DNA of 64,000 nucleotides from Patescibacteria group bacterium (GCA_965660445.1 CBFIAK010000001.1:352001-416000), one strand, 5' to 3'; shown: positions 1 to 10,447, counted from the stretch's first letter. Numbers and translations: made by a program. The notes: generated from the sequence alone by a model not told the origin.

Positions 1-738
1 TAAAGCCTGACTCATTGCACTACATTCTATATGCCATCCCGGAAATCCCGCTCTTGTTGGATACTGAGCCTGAAACGATTCGATGTCTTCGGGGTTGATT
101 CGTCTCCCTGTTTCAAAATCCCATTGCATAAGGTGTGAGGTTTCCGCACGTTTCCAGAGGGCAAAATCGAGCGGATCTTTTTTGTCGCTGTGAACATCGA
201 TACGGATTCCAGCCTGTAGAGACTCAAGATTATTTTTTGAAAGAGCACCGTATTGAGGAAACGTTTTTGTGGAAAAATACACTGATCCATTTGCGTGATA
301 AGCATGTCCTTTTTGAATAAGTGATTGAATAAGGGCTATTTGATGAGGAATGTATTCGGTTGCTTTTGGACGATACGAGGGTGGAAGAATGCGCAAAGTA
401 TGTTCGTCTTCTAAAAAAGCCTCTGTGTAATATTGAACGATTTGGTATGGGTCTTTATGTTGCGTACGAGCTTTTTTTTGAATTTTGTCTTCTCCGTTTC
501 CGTCAGCACTATCATCGTTTGTGAGGTGTCCAACATCAGTTATGTTTTGTACATTGGTGACGTTATATCCAGCGTATCGAAGCGTTCTGCTGAGCAAATC
601 TGAAAAAAGAAACGATCGAAAGTTACCAATATGCGCGTAGTCATATACGGTTGGTCCACACGAATACAGTCGAACATGATTGGGTTCAAGGGGAGTAAAT
701 TTTTCTTTTGTTCCTGAAAGTGTATTAAAGAGGTACAT
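1..738 (-). CDS. cysS: Cysteine--tRNA ligase, N-terminal part (runs off window start)
   Basis: Not in ORF track. Manual minus-strand translation from ATG at 738 gives MYLFNTLSGTKEKF..YSCGPTVYDYAHIGNFR..NITDVGH..GFPGWHIECSAMS (HIGH-type and PGWHIECSAM motifs). Confidence 0.96.
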   Translation of the reverse strand, partial: MYLFNTLSGTKEKFTPLEPNHVRLYSCGPTVYDYAHIGNFRSFLFSDLLSRTLRYAGYNVTNVQNITDVGHLTNDDSADGNGEDKIQKKARTQHKDPYQIVQYYTEAFLEDEHTLRILPPSYRPKATEYIPHQIALIQSLIQKGHAYHANGSVYFSTKTFPQYGALSKNNLESLQAGIRIDVHSDKKDPLDFALWKRAETSHLMQWDFETGRRINPEDIESFQAQYPTRAGFPGWHIECSAMSQAL

Positions 739-756
739 ATAAAAAAATTGTGAGTG

Positions 757-1029
757 CTATACCAAGAATTGTGATAAAAACTGCAGTGCTAGATTCGCAA
801 GAATATCGAGAACCAAAAGAGCCACTATTGGAGAAAAATCGATCATACCAATACGTGCCCACCGAAAAGGTTTGAGGAGAGGATGAACGATACTTCCTAA
901 AAGATTCCAGAGGACGTTTGGTCGTTGGATAAACCAAGAAAGAATAACGTATGCAATCATAGTCCAGTAAAAAATCTGGAGTACGATACTTATGAAAAGA
1001 ATTAAAAACTGAATAACAGCAATGGGCAT
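757..1029 (-). CDS. YggT family membrane protein
   Basis: YVILSWF...PLLKPFR...IGMIDFSPIVA, typical YggT pattern. Confidence 0.9.
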   Translation of the reverse strand: MPIAVIQFLILFISIVLQIFYWTMIAYVILSWFIQRPNVLWNLLGSIVHPLLKPFRWARIGMIDFSPIVALLVLDILANLALQFLSQFLV

Positions 1030-1041
1030 AGAGAAAGAAGT

Positions 1042-1413
1042 TTAATAAATACCAGGTTGAGGAATGGCTTCTAAAAATGATTTGAGGTCTAAAAAATATT
1101 CCCCAATAAGAGGGAAATTTACAAATTGAGTAATAATCGCTACGAGAACTCCCAAAACGATTGTCATTCCAATAAGAATTCCAAGTCCTTTAAAAACGCC
1201 TGCGAGAAAATTGCTCCATATAATATGCCAAGGAGAATGAAGGTGTTGAATGAATTCAGAAAATCCACTGGAATTGATAAGACGAATGAAACGTTGCGTA
1301 TCGATTTCAGTGTCTTGTGTGATGCGAGATGGGGTTGATTTTGGTATGATTTTTGTATCGAGTGTTTTATCGATAGAATCAATTGAAAGGGGGGTATCGT
1401 CTTGTTTTTTCAT
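1042..1413 (-). CDS. DUF5665-like small membrane protein
   Basis: IIWSNFLAGVFKGLGILIG motif; start moved to ATG of MKKQDD. Confidence 0.7.
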   Translation of the reverse strand: MKKQDDTPLSIDSIDKTLDTKIIPKSTPSRITQDTEIDTQRFIRLINSSGFSEFIQHLHSPWHIIWSNFLAGVFKGLGILIGMTIVLGVLVAIITQFVNFPLIGEYFLDLKSFLEAIPQPGIY

Positions 1414-1521
1414 GGCTGTATAATATGTGTTTGAAAGAGAAAGTAAAGAGAAGGCATAGTTTGAAATAGAAAACAAGTGAAACTTTTTTTTGATTCCTGA
1501 AAACTGTCTTATACTAGATAT

Positions 1522-3618
1522 ATGAAAAACTTACTCACTCCACGATCGGTTGCATTGATAGGGGCATCAACAAATCCTGAGAAGCTCGGGTATGCTATTT
1601 TATCAAATATCGTTCATTCTGAATACAAAGGATCTGTGTATCCGATTAACCCAACGGCAAATGAAATTCTCGGAAAAAAAACATATGCATCAGTAAAGCA
1701 AGTTAACTCACCAATTGATTTAGCGGTTATTGCCATTCCAGCACGATATGTATTGGCGGTGGTAGACGAATGTATTGAAAAATCGATTCCAAACATTGTT
1801 ATTATTTCTGCTGGGTTTAAGGAAATTGGAGGTGAGGGCGTACGCTTAGAAGCAGAGTTAGTACACCGTATGAAAATCCACAATATTACGCTCGTGGGGC
1901 CGAATTGTTTAGGAATCATAAATACCCATATTGGGCTTAATGCTTCGTTTGGAGAAGGAATGCCAAAAAAAGGAAATATTGCATTATTGTCTCAATCGGG
2001 AGCAATGGCGGTGGCGATTACAGATTGGGCATCACAAGAAAACATTGGATTCAGCAGTATTATTTCGTTAGGCAATAAAGCGGGTATAAATGAGAACGAT
2101 TGTTTGGAATTTTTTGAACATGATAAAAATACCGATGTTATTCTCATGTACTTAGAGAGTTTTGTTGATGGTCAACGTTTTATGGAATCTGCACGTCGGG
2201 TAGCAATGAAAAAACCAGTGATTGTATTAAAATCAGGGACTTCTCAAGCCGGAAGTGCAGCCGTTAGTTCTCACACGGGTGCTTTGGCAGGGGGTGATGT
2301 GGCGGTCGAAACCGCATTAGCTCAATCTGGGGTGATTCGTGCGCATACTATTGAAGACTTTTTTGTGTATGCACAGATGTTTAGTATGCAACCGATTCCA
2401 AAAGGAAACCGAATAGCAGTGGTGACGAACGCCGGAGGACCAGGTGTTATAACGACCGATGCAATTGATACGTCCCGATATGTGGTATTGGCACCATTTG
2501 ATAAAAAAACGAGAGAAAATCTTGAAGGATGTTTGCCATCAACAGCGAATACTCATAACCCTGTTGATATTATTGGAGATGCTTTAGCTGATCGATATAA
2601 ATCTGCTTTTTCAGCGGTATTGGAAGACAAAAATGTTGATATTTTGTTATCAATTTTGACACCACAAATTATGACTCAAAAAGAGGATACGGTACGGACT
2701 TTGGTAGAACATAATGCACAGTACCCCAAAAAAACATTTGTGGCATCGTTTATGGGCGGACGAAATATAGAGTATGCCGCTCAAAAATTGGAAGAAAACC
2801 GGATTCCAAACTTTATTTATCCTCACAGTGCGGTTCGAGGGCTTGAAGCAATGATTCAGTTGCGAGAATGGAGAGAAAAACAAAAAAAGAGACGTATTTT
2901 TGTGCCAGAAAACACGAAAGCCGCTGATATTCGAGCGGATATTTTGAATCTGGTTGATAAGGATGAATCTGTTGTTTTGTCTCCTGCGTTTGTGACCCGA
3001 ATACTGAAGAACTATGGCGTTACTGTTCCTGAAGTGGCAGTGGTAAAATCAGCAGCAGATGCAGTGGAGCAAGCAAAAAAAGTCGGGTTTCCGGTAGTCT
3101 TAAAAATCGTATCGGAGGATGTGTTACATAAAACAGATAGTGGTGGTGTTCGGCTTGGGCTGGAATCTGATATTGAGGTTTCGAACGGGTATGACGATAT
3201 TATGAAGAACGTAAAAAAGAATTGCCCAGGCGCAAGTATTGATGGGGTGTTGGTACAAAAAATGTACCATATGGGGCGAGAAGTCTTGATTGGAATGAAG
3301 CGAGATCCTGTGTTTGGTCCGTTGATTGCCTTTGGGCTTGGAGGAATTTATGTAGAAGTGCTGAAAGATGTATCGTTTCGGGTAGCCCCTGTGTCACTAA
3401 AAGATGCATATGAGATGATTGATGAAATCAAAACGGTTCAGTTACTCAAAGGAGTAAGAGGAGAAGCAGCATCTGATATTGATGTACTTGCGAAAACAAT
3501 TGTGCAGGTTTCACATATTGCACAAGATATTCCTGAAATTCATGAAATCGATTTAAATCCATTGATGGTGTTTGAAAAAGGTGCTGTCGCATTGGATGGG
3601 CGTATGATTTGTGAGTAG
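1522..3618 (+). CDS. Acetate--CoA ligase (ADP-forming), fused alpha/beta
   Basis: CoA-binding N-terminus (VALIGAS, GPNCLG), SSHTGALAG phospho-His motif, NPVDIIGDA, C-terminal ATP-grasp (HKTDSGGV, EIDLNP). Confidence 0.95.
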   Translation: MKNLLTPRSVALIGASTNPEKLGYAILSNIVHSEYKGSVYPINPTANEILGKKTYASVKQVNSPIDLAVIAIPARYVLAVVDECIEKSIPNIVIISAGFKEIGGEGVRLEAELVHRMKIHNITLVGPNCLGIINTHIGLNASFGEGMPKKGNIALLSQSGAMAVAITDWASQENIGFSSIISLGNKAGINENDCLEFFEHDKNTDVILMYLESFVDGQRFMESARRVAMKKPVIVLKSGTSQAGSAAVSSHTGALAGGDVAVETALAQSGVIRAHTIEDFFVYAQMFSMQPIPKGNRIAVVTNAGGPGVITTDAIDTSRYVVLAPFDKKTRENLEGCLPSTANTHNPVDIIGDALADRYKSAFSAVLEDKNVDILLSILTPQIMTQKEDTVRTLVEHNAQYPKKTFVASFMGGRNIEYAAQKLEENRIPNFIYPHSAVRGLEAMIQLREWREKQKKRRIFVPENTKAADIRADILNLVDKDESVVLSPAFVTRILKNYGVTVPEVAVVKSAADAVEQAKKVGFPVVLKIVSEDVLHKTDSGGVRLGLESDIEVSNGYDDIMKNVKKNCPGASIDGVLVQKMYHMGREVLIGMKRDPVFGPLIAFGLGGIYVEVLKDVSFRVAPVSLKDAYEMIDEIKTVQLLKGVRGEAASDIDVLAKTIVQVSHIAQDIPEIHEIDLNPLMVFEKGAVALDGRMICE

Positions 3619-3811
3619 TGTTTAGGGTGCTTGTGTTTTAGTGGGAATGTTTTATTAAGCGTTTTCTTTATAAAAAATTTGCATTATTTTTTTGGCTCTC
3701 TATTATGGAGGAGATTATGGTCATGGAGTTCGATACTGTACTTGTTTAAGTGTTAGGGTAGAGGATGACGGGAACATATAATCATTCTTTATTTCTAACA
3801 TTTTTGTTATC

Positions 3812-4078
3812 ATGAATAATTCAAAATTATTTATTGGAAGCTTGTCTTGGGGAGTTCGAGACGATTCGCTTCGAGCTGCTTTTGAAAAAGCAGGAACCGT
3901 TATTGATGCGGTAGTTATTACAGATCGTATGTCAGGACGATCAAAAGGGTTTGGTTTTGTTGAGATGGGAAGTGCTGAAGAAGCACAAGCTGCTATTGAT
4001 ATGTGGCATGAAAAAGAGCTCGATGGTCGAAAGATCATGGTAAATGTAGCTCGACCAAAAGAAGAACGTTCATACTAA
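3812..4078 (+). CDS. RRM RNA-binding protein
   Basis: RNP2 LFIGSL and RNP1 KGFGFVEM. Confidence 0.95.
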   Translation: MNNSKLFIGSLSWGVRDDSLRAAFEKAGTVIDAVVITDRMSGRSKGFGFVEMGSAEEAQAAIDMWHEKELDGRKIMVNVARPKEERSY

Positions 4079-4097
4079 TTCTTTTTGAAAACCTACT

Positions 4098-4125
4098 AAA
4101 AAAGAGCCGAAAGGCTCTTTTTTTT
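4098..4125. terminator. Bidirectional intrinsic terminator
   Basis: AAAAAAGAGCC-GAAA-GGCTCTTTTTTTT between convergent genes. Confidence 0.85.
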
Positions 4126-4357
4126 ATTTGTTTTTCCAGAGGTCTTTCCAGAATTCAGTTTTATGAAACTCTCGTATAGTTATGACTCGTAGTATTGTAG
4201 CGATAATTATACAGGCAATAATCGGAACAAAGAAAAGAGCGAGTAAGTTCGGATAATACAAGTTCTGAGTGACATGAATGGCAATACTCAATCCGAGAGC
4301 AACACCAAGAAACAAAGAAACCGAATGAGATAAGAATTGTACGTGTTTGAATTTCAT
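4124..4357 (-). CDS. Small hypothetical membrane protein (2 TM)
   Basis: 77 aa, ATG start, two hydrophobic segments. Confidence 0.6.
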   Translation of the reverse strand: MKFKHVQFLSHSVSLFLGVALGLSIAIHVTQNLYYPNLLALFFVPIIACIIIATILRVITIREFHKTEFWKDLWKNK

Positions 4358-4403
4358 AAAAATATGTTATTAAATGTAATTATAACATATTTTCATTGTA
4401 AAA

Positions 4404-5267
4404 TCAAATATTAGATTGTTTCATAATTGGGAATGATGCTCCGATTCCTCCTACTGGGTTCGCTTCGCCTGAACCCATGGCAACAACAAGTGTTCCGTCT
4501 TCTGTGTATAGACGAATGGGGTTTCCTTGAATATCTTCTGAGTTGAGGCAGAGATAGTCTTCTTCTAGAAGTGTGTCTGGTTTTATAAGGTTTTTAAGAG
4601 CAAAAGCAAGAACGGCATCGGTTCTCATTTTTGGGGTTGGGCATACGTCTTTTTGTAGAGTACATTGGTCTTTAAATGATTTGTCTTTAGAGTTTTTAAG
4701 ACTTGTTGGTGTATAAACCCGAATTTTTGGTACGTATGCTGTGTGGTATATTTCTTGTGGAACATGGTCATCGATGATGATGGGTCTAAATGTATTGTTA
4801 TTTCGTGGTAGGGTCTCTGTGCGAGAAGCTTTGATGATTATTTCATTAAATGTTTCTACAGTGAACGGTTTTTCTTTTCCGTTTATATTCACGACTCTTG
4901 GAAGTTGAACCGCGAACGGAGCAATATCGTTTTCGGTGTTTTCTTGAAGTGATTGTATGTGTTGGACTGTTTCGGGTGTGAGTGTTTGGGGCATTAGTGT
5001 ATTGATATACTCCATTTCTTTGTCGGGGATAAAAACATGTACTCCTGGTAATGATTGCAGAATCGTATTGATTGTTTCGGCAGAAAAAAAGTTCCCATTA
5101 GTAAGGTCTCTCAGTGTTTCAAACACAGATTCTTTCTCTTTGGTTATTTTCTGAATACGGTCACTGATAGATGTTTTGGTTGTTTCAATGTTATGCTCTG
5201 AGACAGAACTCTCATTGTGTGTTCGATTATTTTGAGAATCAGGATGTGAAGCAGGAATTTTTTCCAT
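4404..5267 (-). CDS. Hypothetical protein
   Basis: 287-aa ORF, no family recognised. Confidence 0.7.
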   Translation of the reverse strand: MEKIPASHPDSQNNRTHNESSVSEHNIETTKTSISDRIQKITKEKESVFETLRDLTNGNFFSAETINTILQSLPGVHVFIPDKEMEYINTLMPQTLTPETVQHIQSLQENTENDIAPFAVQLPRVVNINGKEKPFTVETFNEIIIKASRTETLPRNNNTFRPIIIDDHVPQEIYHTAYVPKIRVYTPTSLKNSKDKSFKDQCTLQKDVCPTPKMRTDAVLAFALKNLIKPDTLLEEDYLCLNSEDIQGNPIRLYTEDGTLVVAMGSGEANPVGGIGASFPIMKQSNI

Positions 5268-5319
5268 AGATTGAATGATAAGAAGTATTTTTACTTGTAT
5301 TTATTAAAAACTTTTATAT

Positions 5320-6099
5320 TTATTTGTCAATACGCAGTGGTATTTGTTTCGGTTTTATAACTCGTGTAGCACGGCGTAAGATCCATTGTGTATGTGGGTT
5401 TGTATCTTCCTTGTATTGATCAATAAATTGTGAAGCGGCGTGGTGGTTTACTTTGAGGTAATCGGTGAGATGGTTGGCGACTGATTTTTTCACAAACAAG
5501 ATTTCGTCGTGCATGAGGAGATGTAATATTTCAAAAACGGGGGCTGGTTTATCAATAAACGAATCAAGTTTTTTTGCCCATGGGAGTTTTGGACGGAGTC
5601 CTTCGCTTGCGAGTCTGCGGAGATGAAAATTAGGTGACAGAGCCCATTGTTTCAGAATGGAGAGTGTTTTTTGAGGATAGGCAGTAATAAACGGACGAAT
5701 AGCGTATTCACTGGTGTTTCGTTTTGTTATTTCTTCGAGTGCATGGAAAGAAACATCAAAATAATTGAGCCCGTATTTTTCAACTATTTTTCCAATGGGC
5801 ATGATCCAATAAAAATGAGAAAACATACCTGTTTGGTTTGGGTTTTCGTCACCGAGTATTTTGATAAGAATATTTATGGCGTTGGGGTATGGGTGTGGCA
5901 GGAGTAAAAAAAGAGTATCAGCGTGCAGTTCAATGCGTTGTGTAAGGGAAAGTGGTGGGCATTTTTGGGTGATTGTTTGTGTGTAGAGTGTGTGGTTAAA
6001 TTCGGGATAGACGGTGATTATTTTTTCAGAAATAAGGCGTGCTAAAGACTCATCAAACCATCGTTTAATACTGGTATCTTGTGTTTTTATTTGTACCAT
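5320..6099 (-). CDS. DNA alkylation repair protein (AlkC/AlkD-like HEAT-repeat glycosylase)
   Basis: TSEYAIRPF, HLRRLASEGLRPKLPWA, FVKKSVANHL motifs; start moved to MVQIK. Confidence 0.88.
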   Translation of the reverse strand: MVQIKTQDTSIKRWFDESLARLISEKIITVYPEFNHTLYTQTITQKCPPLSLTQRIELHADTLFLLLPHPYPNAINILIKILGDENPNQTGMFSHFYWIMPIGKIVEKYGLNYFDVSFHALEEITKRNTSEYAIRPFITAYPQKTLSILKQWALSPNFHLRRLASEGLRPKLPWAKKLDSFIDKPAPVFEILHLLMHDEILFVKKSVANHLTDYLKVNHHAASQFIDQYKEDTNPHTQWILRRATRVIKPKQIPLRIDK

Positions 6100-6617
6100 T
6101 GAGGAGAAAGGAATGGAGCAAGAGCACATTTTGTGGCGTCTTTAAATTCGTCTATGCGAGTATAAAGCCCTTGAGAGAGAATACCGTTCGTGCCTTCGTT
6201 GTGTCGAACGGTGTTTTGGGTATCATTGAGTATTGTTTGGATAATGGGACCGAGTTCTTCGCCTTGGTTGATACGTGTTTGGATACGAGGTGGAATTTGA
6301 AGTTTTGCACTCACTCCGATTCCTTTTTTTTGGTTTTGATCGATTATAACAACGACTCCACCAAGAAACATTCCAAACGAGTTTGTATGCACGTATCCTT
6401 CCATACCGATACAGAGATCGGCTTGAGTATGTTTTTGTTGTGCATTTTGTGCACGGTTCAAGGCTCCTTGTATGGCTTCTTCTTCACTGGTGGGTTGATC
6501 GGCAATATCAGAACTAAACTTTTCAGCATGAAACGTGCAGTTGGGAATAGCTTCTGAAAACACATCGCATACAGCTTGTACTTTTGCTTTGTTTTCTGTG
6601 GTGATAATTATATGCAT
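6087..6617 (-). CDS. yjjX: Non-canonical inosine/xanthosine triphosphatase (YjjX/DUF84)
   Basis: NKAKVQAV, DQPTSEEEAIQGALNRA, IGMEG, GEELG, GILSQG..TR. Confidence 0.85.
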   Translation of the reverse strand: MHIIITTENKAKVQAVCDVFSEAIPNCTFHAEKFSSDIADQPTSEEEAIQGALNRAQNAQQKHTQADLCIGMEGYVHTNSFGMFLGGVVVIIDQNQKKGIGVSAKLQIPPRIQTRINQGEELGPIIQTILNDTQNTVRHNEGTNGILSQGLYTRIDEFKDATKCALAPFLSPQWYK

Positions 6618-6631
6618 GAGGGAAGAGGAGG

Positions 6632-6901
6632 TTAAGTAAACCATTTTTGAGTGTTAGGGTTTCTGTGAGGACATCCAGGCCAACAACAAGGGCGACGTTT
6701 ACCAGTTCGGATATCAGTGACAAATCGTTCAAGGTGTTGAGTTCTTGTTTCTGGTTTTTTTACAATTGTGATCCAGCAAATCCATTCGTTTCGGGCTAAA
6801 GGGGTGAGGGTGCTCCATTGTGTGAGAATATCAGGGTTTTCTATAAGTACTAATTGTAGGTCTTCCGGAAGTTCGTGTATCGTGCCTTGAGGAATATTCA
6901 T
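6632..6901 (-). CDS. YdeI/OmpD-associated family protein
   Basis: LPEDL..LTPLARNEWICWI..KKPETR..RRPCCWPGCPHR. Confidence 0.85.
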   Translation of the reverse strand: MNIPQGTIHELPEDLQLVLIENPDILTQWSTLTPLARNEWICWITIVKKPETRTQHLERFVTDIRTGKRRPCCWPGCPHRNPNTQKWFT

Positions 6902-7109
6902 GAGGTTCTATTGATGTTGTTCTTATTATACTCGAATATTTTATTATTTATATATATTTTGAGGACCCTCAAAACAAATAAGAACTTATACAATAAAGAG
7001 GGGTTTTAAAATATCGTTCTGTTTTATATGACTTTTCTCTCTATCAAAAAACACAAAAAAACCCTTCGTATAAAGTTACGAAAGGAGTGTTTTTCCCATA
7101 GCATAAGAA

Positions 7110-7185
7110 TGGTGGGCCAGGCAGGAATTGAACCTGCGACCAAGGCGTTATGAGCGCCCTGCTCTAACCACTGAGCTACTGGCCC
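7110..7185 (-). tRNA. tRNA with CAU anticodon, most likely tRNA-Ile2
   Basis: Cloverleaf GGGCCAG TAGCTCAGTGGTTAGAGC..CT-CAT-AA..TTCAAT..CTGGCCC A CCA; paired G1-C72 excludes initiator; resembles Ile2, and tilS is in the window. Confidence 0.93.
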
Positions 7186-7276
7186 GTCCTCGTTTATGAC
7201 TTCATACTTCCAGTAAATGGTATACACCATTGACTTACAGTATTGCGTCATAACCTCGTCTTAAAAAAAATTCTTG

Positions 7277-7640
7277 ACGCTACCGCTAAATTTTTTTTAG
7301 CAATCGCACTATTGCATGAATGACTTCATACTTCCAGTAAATGGAGAAGTTGGAATCTGGAATCCGGAATCTTGAATCTAGAATGAATCACAAGAAGCAC
7401 AGATAATCACAAGGTTTCAGATTCAAGCGCTTTAGCGCTCTGCGCTTCCCCATAATTCTTACTTCATACTTCTTATTCCATACGCTACCGCTAAATTTTT
7501 TTTAGCAATCGCATTATCGCATGAATGACTTCATACTTCCAGTAAATGGAGAAGTTGGAATCTGGAATCCGGAATCTTGAATGAATCACAAGAAGCACAG
7601 ATAATCACAAGATTCCAGATTCAGGATTCTAGATTCGAGC
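7277..7640. repeat. Tandem duplication (period 205 nt) containing heptamer arrays; 25-mer core also present at 7196-7220
   Basis: Copies start at 7277 and 7482 (ACGCTACCGCTAAATTTT..); ATGACTTCATACTTCCAGTAAATGG at 7196, 7320 and 7525. Confidence 0.92.
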
Positions 7641-7801
7641 TCTTTAGAGCTTCCATGCTTCATACCTTTGGAGTTTGTCTCAAACAGCCACAGAACTATA
7701 TCAAAAAAATTCATTTTGTGAAATTTATTTTGTGTACCTGTTTATAAATACATTGACTTTGTAAAAAAAAGATGTAAAAACTATTTACAAAAAAAATTAA
7801 A

Positions 7802-8818
7802 ATGAATTTATATAAACTTGTTGGGGTCGTGCTCTCGTTTTGTTGTGTGGCTTCGGTTTCTGCGCAATCAGTGAAATATAGGTTAATAGAGGGAGGAGAA
7901 GACCTTATTATGCATTACGAAAAAGAAAAGAACCTTTCGGCAAATAAAGAAACGATTAGCATTCGTACAACACTTGATAAAGCCCAATGGATGTCGAGTA
8001 TACGTGATGAAAATGAAGAAAATACAACACATTTACCACAAGAAGAAAATGAGGATTTGGAAACAGCTTCCTCCCAGATTCCAAACGAAACTATAAAAAA
8101 ATTGGTTTTCTCAAAATCCGATCCAAAAACAAAAAAATCTAAAAAACGGTCTCGAATAATCATACCTATCCCCCCACAAACGAATGCCGTACCAATAGGA
8201 AGAGATATGATTCAAGAACTTGATAAAGAATCAATGGTTGATGAAATCCTCTCTGATGTGAAACATTTAAACTATACCTATAAAAAAGTGAATTTTTATA
8301 CATTTCTTCGAAAAAAGTTACTCACCGATATTCCGTCGAATATCCATACAGAATCGCAATACCGTCAATGGGCAACGGATACAAAATGGAGAATTGTGAG
8401 TATGCATGCTGTGTTTCAAGTGGCTGTAGAAAACATTTCTCAATATGAGCCTATTATTCAAAAAGCATCTCGTGATTATGGTGTACCAGTCTCACTTATT
8501 AGAGCTATAATCACGCAAGAATCACATGCAAACCCTCAGGTAAGATCTCATAAAGGAGCAAAAGGACTTATGCAAGTAATAGACACAACAGGGGATCTCT
8601 TTGGAGTTGATGACCTGTATGACCCCGTACAAAATATACGTGCTGGTACACAATATATCCGAGATATGATCTATCTTTTTCAAGGAAATAAAGACCTCGC
8701 CATTGCTGCCTATAACGCAGGGGGTGGCGCTGTCCAAAGATATGGGGAAATTCCCCCATACAGAGAAACACAAAACTATGTCGAACGAGTGAAAGATTTT
8801 ATGGTTCTTTACCAATAA
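7802..8818 (+). CDS. Lytic transglycosylase (SLT domain) with signal peptide
   Basis: IITQES, GAKGLMQV, AIAAYNAG, PPYRETQNYV. Confidence 0.93.
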   Translation: MNLYKLVGVVLSFCCVASVSAQSVKYRLIEGGEDLIMHYEKEKNLSANKETISIRTTLDKAQWMSSIRDENEENTTHLPQEENEDLETASSQIPNETIKKLVFSKSDPKTKKSKKRSRIIIPIPPQTNAVPIGRDMIQELDKESMVDEILSDVKHLNYTYKKVNFYTFLRKKLLTDIPSNIHTESQYRQWATDTKWRIVSMHAVFQVAVENISQYEPIIQKASRDYGVPVSLIRAIITQESHANPQVRSHKGAKGLMQVIDTTGDLFGVDDLYDPVQNIRAGTQYIRDMIYLFQGNKDLAIAAYNAGGGAVQRYGEIPPYRETQNYVERVKDFMVLYQ

Positions 8819-8827
8819 AAAAACACT

Positions 8828-9265
8828 CTATAACGCGTCAAGCTGGTTTCGTCGACGTTGATGACGTTCATCAAAATCTATTTCTGTACCTAAAAACGTA
8901 TCAACAATAGACAACGCATCATCAAAAAGATGTGTGCGCCCACCAAGTGCGAGTATCTGCGCTCCGTTGTGAGCCCGCCCAAGTTGTGCCATTTCTTTTG
9001 AGTATGCGAGCACTGCACGAGCTCCTTTAACCTTATTGGCGGCTATAGAAATACCGATTCCTGATCCGCAAATAATAATGCCTAATGCGTTTCTATGAGC
9101 CACAACTTTTTGTGCAACAGCCTGTCCAAACGCTGGGTAATCACATGTATCAGAAGAAGTGCACCCTTCGTCATGCACCTGATATGATTTCCCTTGTAAA
9201 TATGTTTTAATACGTTCTTTTAAAGCAAACCCTGCGTGATCGGAACCGAGAAAAATGTCAGTCAT
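8828..9265 (-). CDS. rpiB: Ribose-5-phosphate isomerase B
   Basis: GSDHAG, DYP, ICGSGIGISIAANK, RHQRR. Confidence 0.95.
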   Translation of the reverse strand: MTDIFLGSDHAGFALKERIKTYLQGKSYQVHDEGCTSSDTCDYPAFGQAVAQKVVAHRNALGIIICGSGIGISIAANKVKGARAVLAYSKEMAQLGRAHNGAQILALGGRTHLFDDALSIVDTFLGTEIDFDERHQRRRNQLDAL

Positions 9266-10407
9266 GAGAGAAGTGATTGAATATAAGTTTCTAAATTTTT
9301 TTGAAACATGCGTACATCAAATTTCTGTCCGCGGTTCGATAAGGTATCACCATCAAACTCAGATTGATGAGACTCGAACCAATCAATAGATTTTTGTAAA
9401 CTCTCAACGGTTTGTGCATCAAACGGTACGCCGTAAGGCATCCCCCCAACTGATTCACAAGCGCCTCCTTTGTTGTAATAAAGCACAGGTGTACCACTGC
9501 TCAGTGATTCTACAGGGACAAGCCCAAAGTCTTCTTCCGAAGGAAAAATCAGAGCTTTCGCTTCTGCGTATAAACGAGGTAGGTCTTTGGTGTGCGTAAA
9601 CCCTAAAAATTCAATATTCGAAGCATTGTGATCGCGTGCCTTTTGACGACATCGGTCGTATTCAGGACCAATTCCTGCCAGTTTTAATGGTTTTTTGTTG
9701 GCAATAAAAGTATCGACCAAAAGATCAAATTTTTTATAAGGAATAAACCGACCAACGCCTAAGTAATACGATTTTTTTTGAGCTGATGATGCGTTTTTTA
9801 TATATGGAGTTGTGTCTATACCAGGGTGAATGGTTTTTGAGTCACGGTTATAATACGTTTTAATACGGTTTCCTACAAAATGAGAGTTTGAAATAAAATA
9901 ATCAACCCCCGAAATAGCCTTTTGATCTATCTTCTCCAGTTGATTTAAGAGAAAAGGAAGTATCCATTTTACCGGACGAGCAAACCAAGGGAGGGGATAG
10001 GTTTGTAAGTACTCTTTACGTGCGTTATATAAAAACCGTATGGGTGTGTGACAATAACAAATATGGATTTGGTCTTTCCTTGTTTTTTGTACGCATTTAG
10101 AAAACCCAGAACTCGATGAGGAAATAAGTATATCAAACTCTGAAAAATCAAACTGCCGAAACGCTCTTGGAAAAAAGGGGAGTAAAAACTGGTGCTTGTG
10201 TCGTAAAAATGCTGGTAGTTTTTGAAGGAAGCTGGTGTGTACACGATACGGACGAAACTCAGGAAATAAGTCTTCATTGTAGACTGATGTAAAAACCTCT
10301 ACGTTTTCAAATAAATCAGCAAGAGCGAGTACTACGTGTTCTGCTCCTCCTCGAGAGGTGAGCCAGTCGGCAACAATTGCTACTTTTTTTTGGGGAAACG
10401 ATTTCAT
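9262..10407 (-). CDS. Glycosyltransferase family 4
   Basis: RGGAE, YCHTP, GRFIPYKK, EDFGLVPVES. Confidence 0.93.
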   Translation of the reverse strand: MKSFPQKKVAIVADWLTSRGGAEHVVLALADLFENVEVFTSVYNEDLFPEFRPYRVHTSFLQKLPAFLRHKHQFLLPFFPRAFRQFDFSEFDILISSSSSGFSKCVQKTRKDQIHICYCHTPIRFLYNARKEYLQTYPLPWFARPVKWILPFLLNQLEKIDQKAISGVDYFISNSHFVGNRIKTYYNRDSKTIHPGIDTTPYIKNASSAQKKSYYLGVGRFIPYKKFDLLVDTFIANKKPLKLAGIGPEYDRCRQKARDHNASNIEFLGFTHTKDLPRLYAEAKALIFPSEEDFGLVPVESLSSGTPVLYYNKGGACESVGGMPYGVPFDAQTVESLQKSIDWFESHQSEFDGDTLSNRGQKFDVRMFQKNLETYIQSLLS

Positions 10408-10447
10408 ATCGTCTGTATTGTGGGGAAAAACAATCAGTTTGTAAATC

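Noticed and set aside
27-320. ORF-track calls 27..305 and 135..320
   Set aside because: Shadow frames over the real cysS frame
7024-7251. 75-aa ORF
   Set aside because: Spans the tRNA gene; translation artefact. Same for 63441..63641 and 63535..63798 at tRNA-Phe
7196-7549. Three identical 25-mers as a CRISPR array
   Set aside because: Spacings are 124 and 205 nt, flanking sequence is itself duplicated, and there are no cas genes
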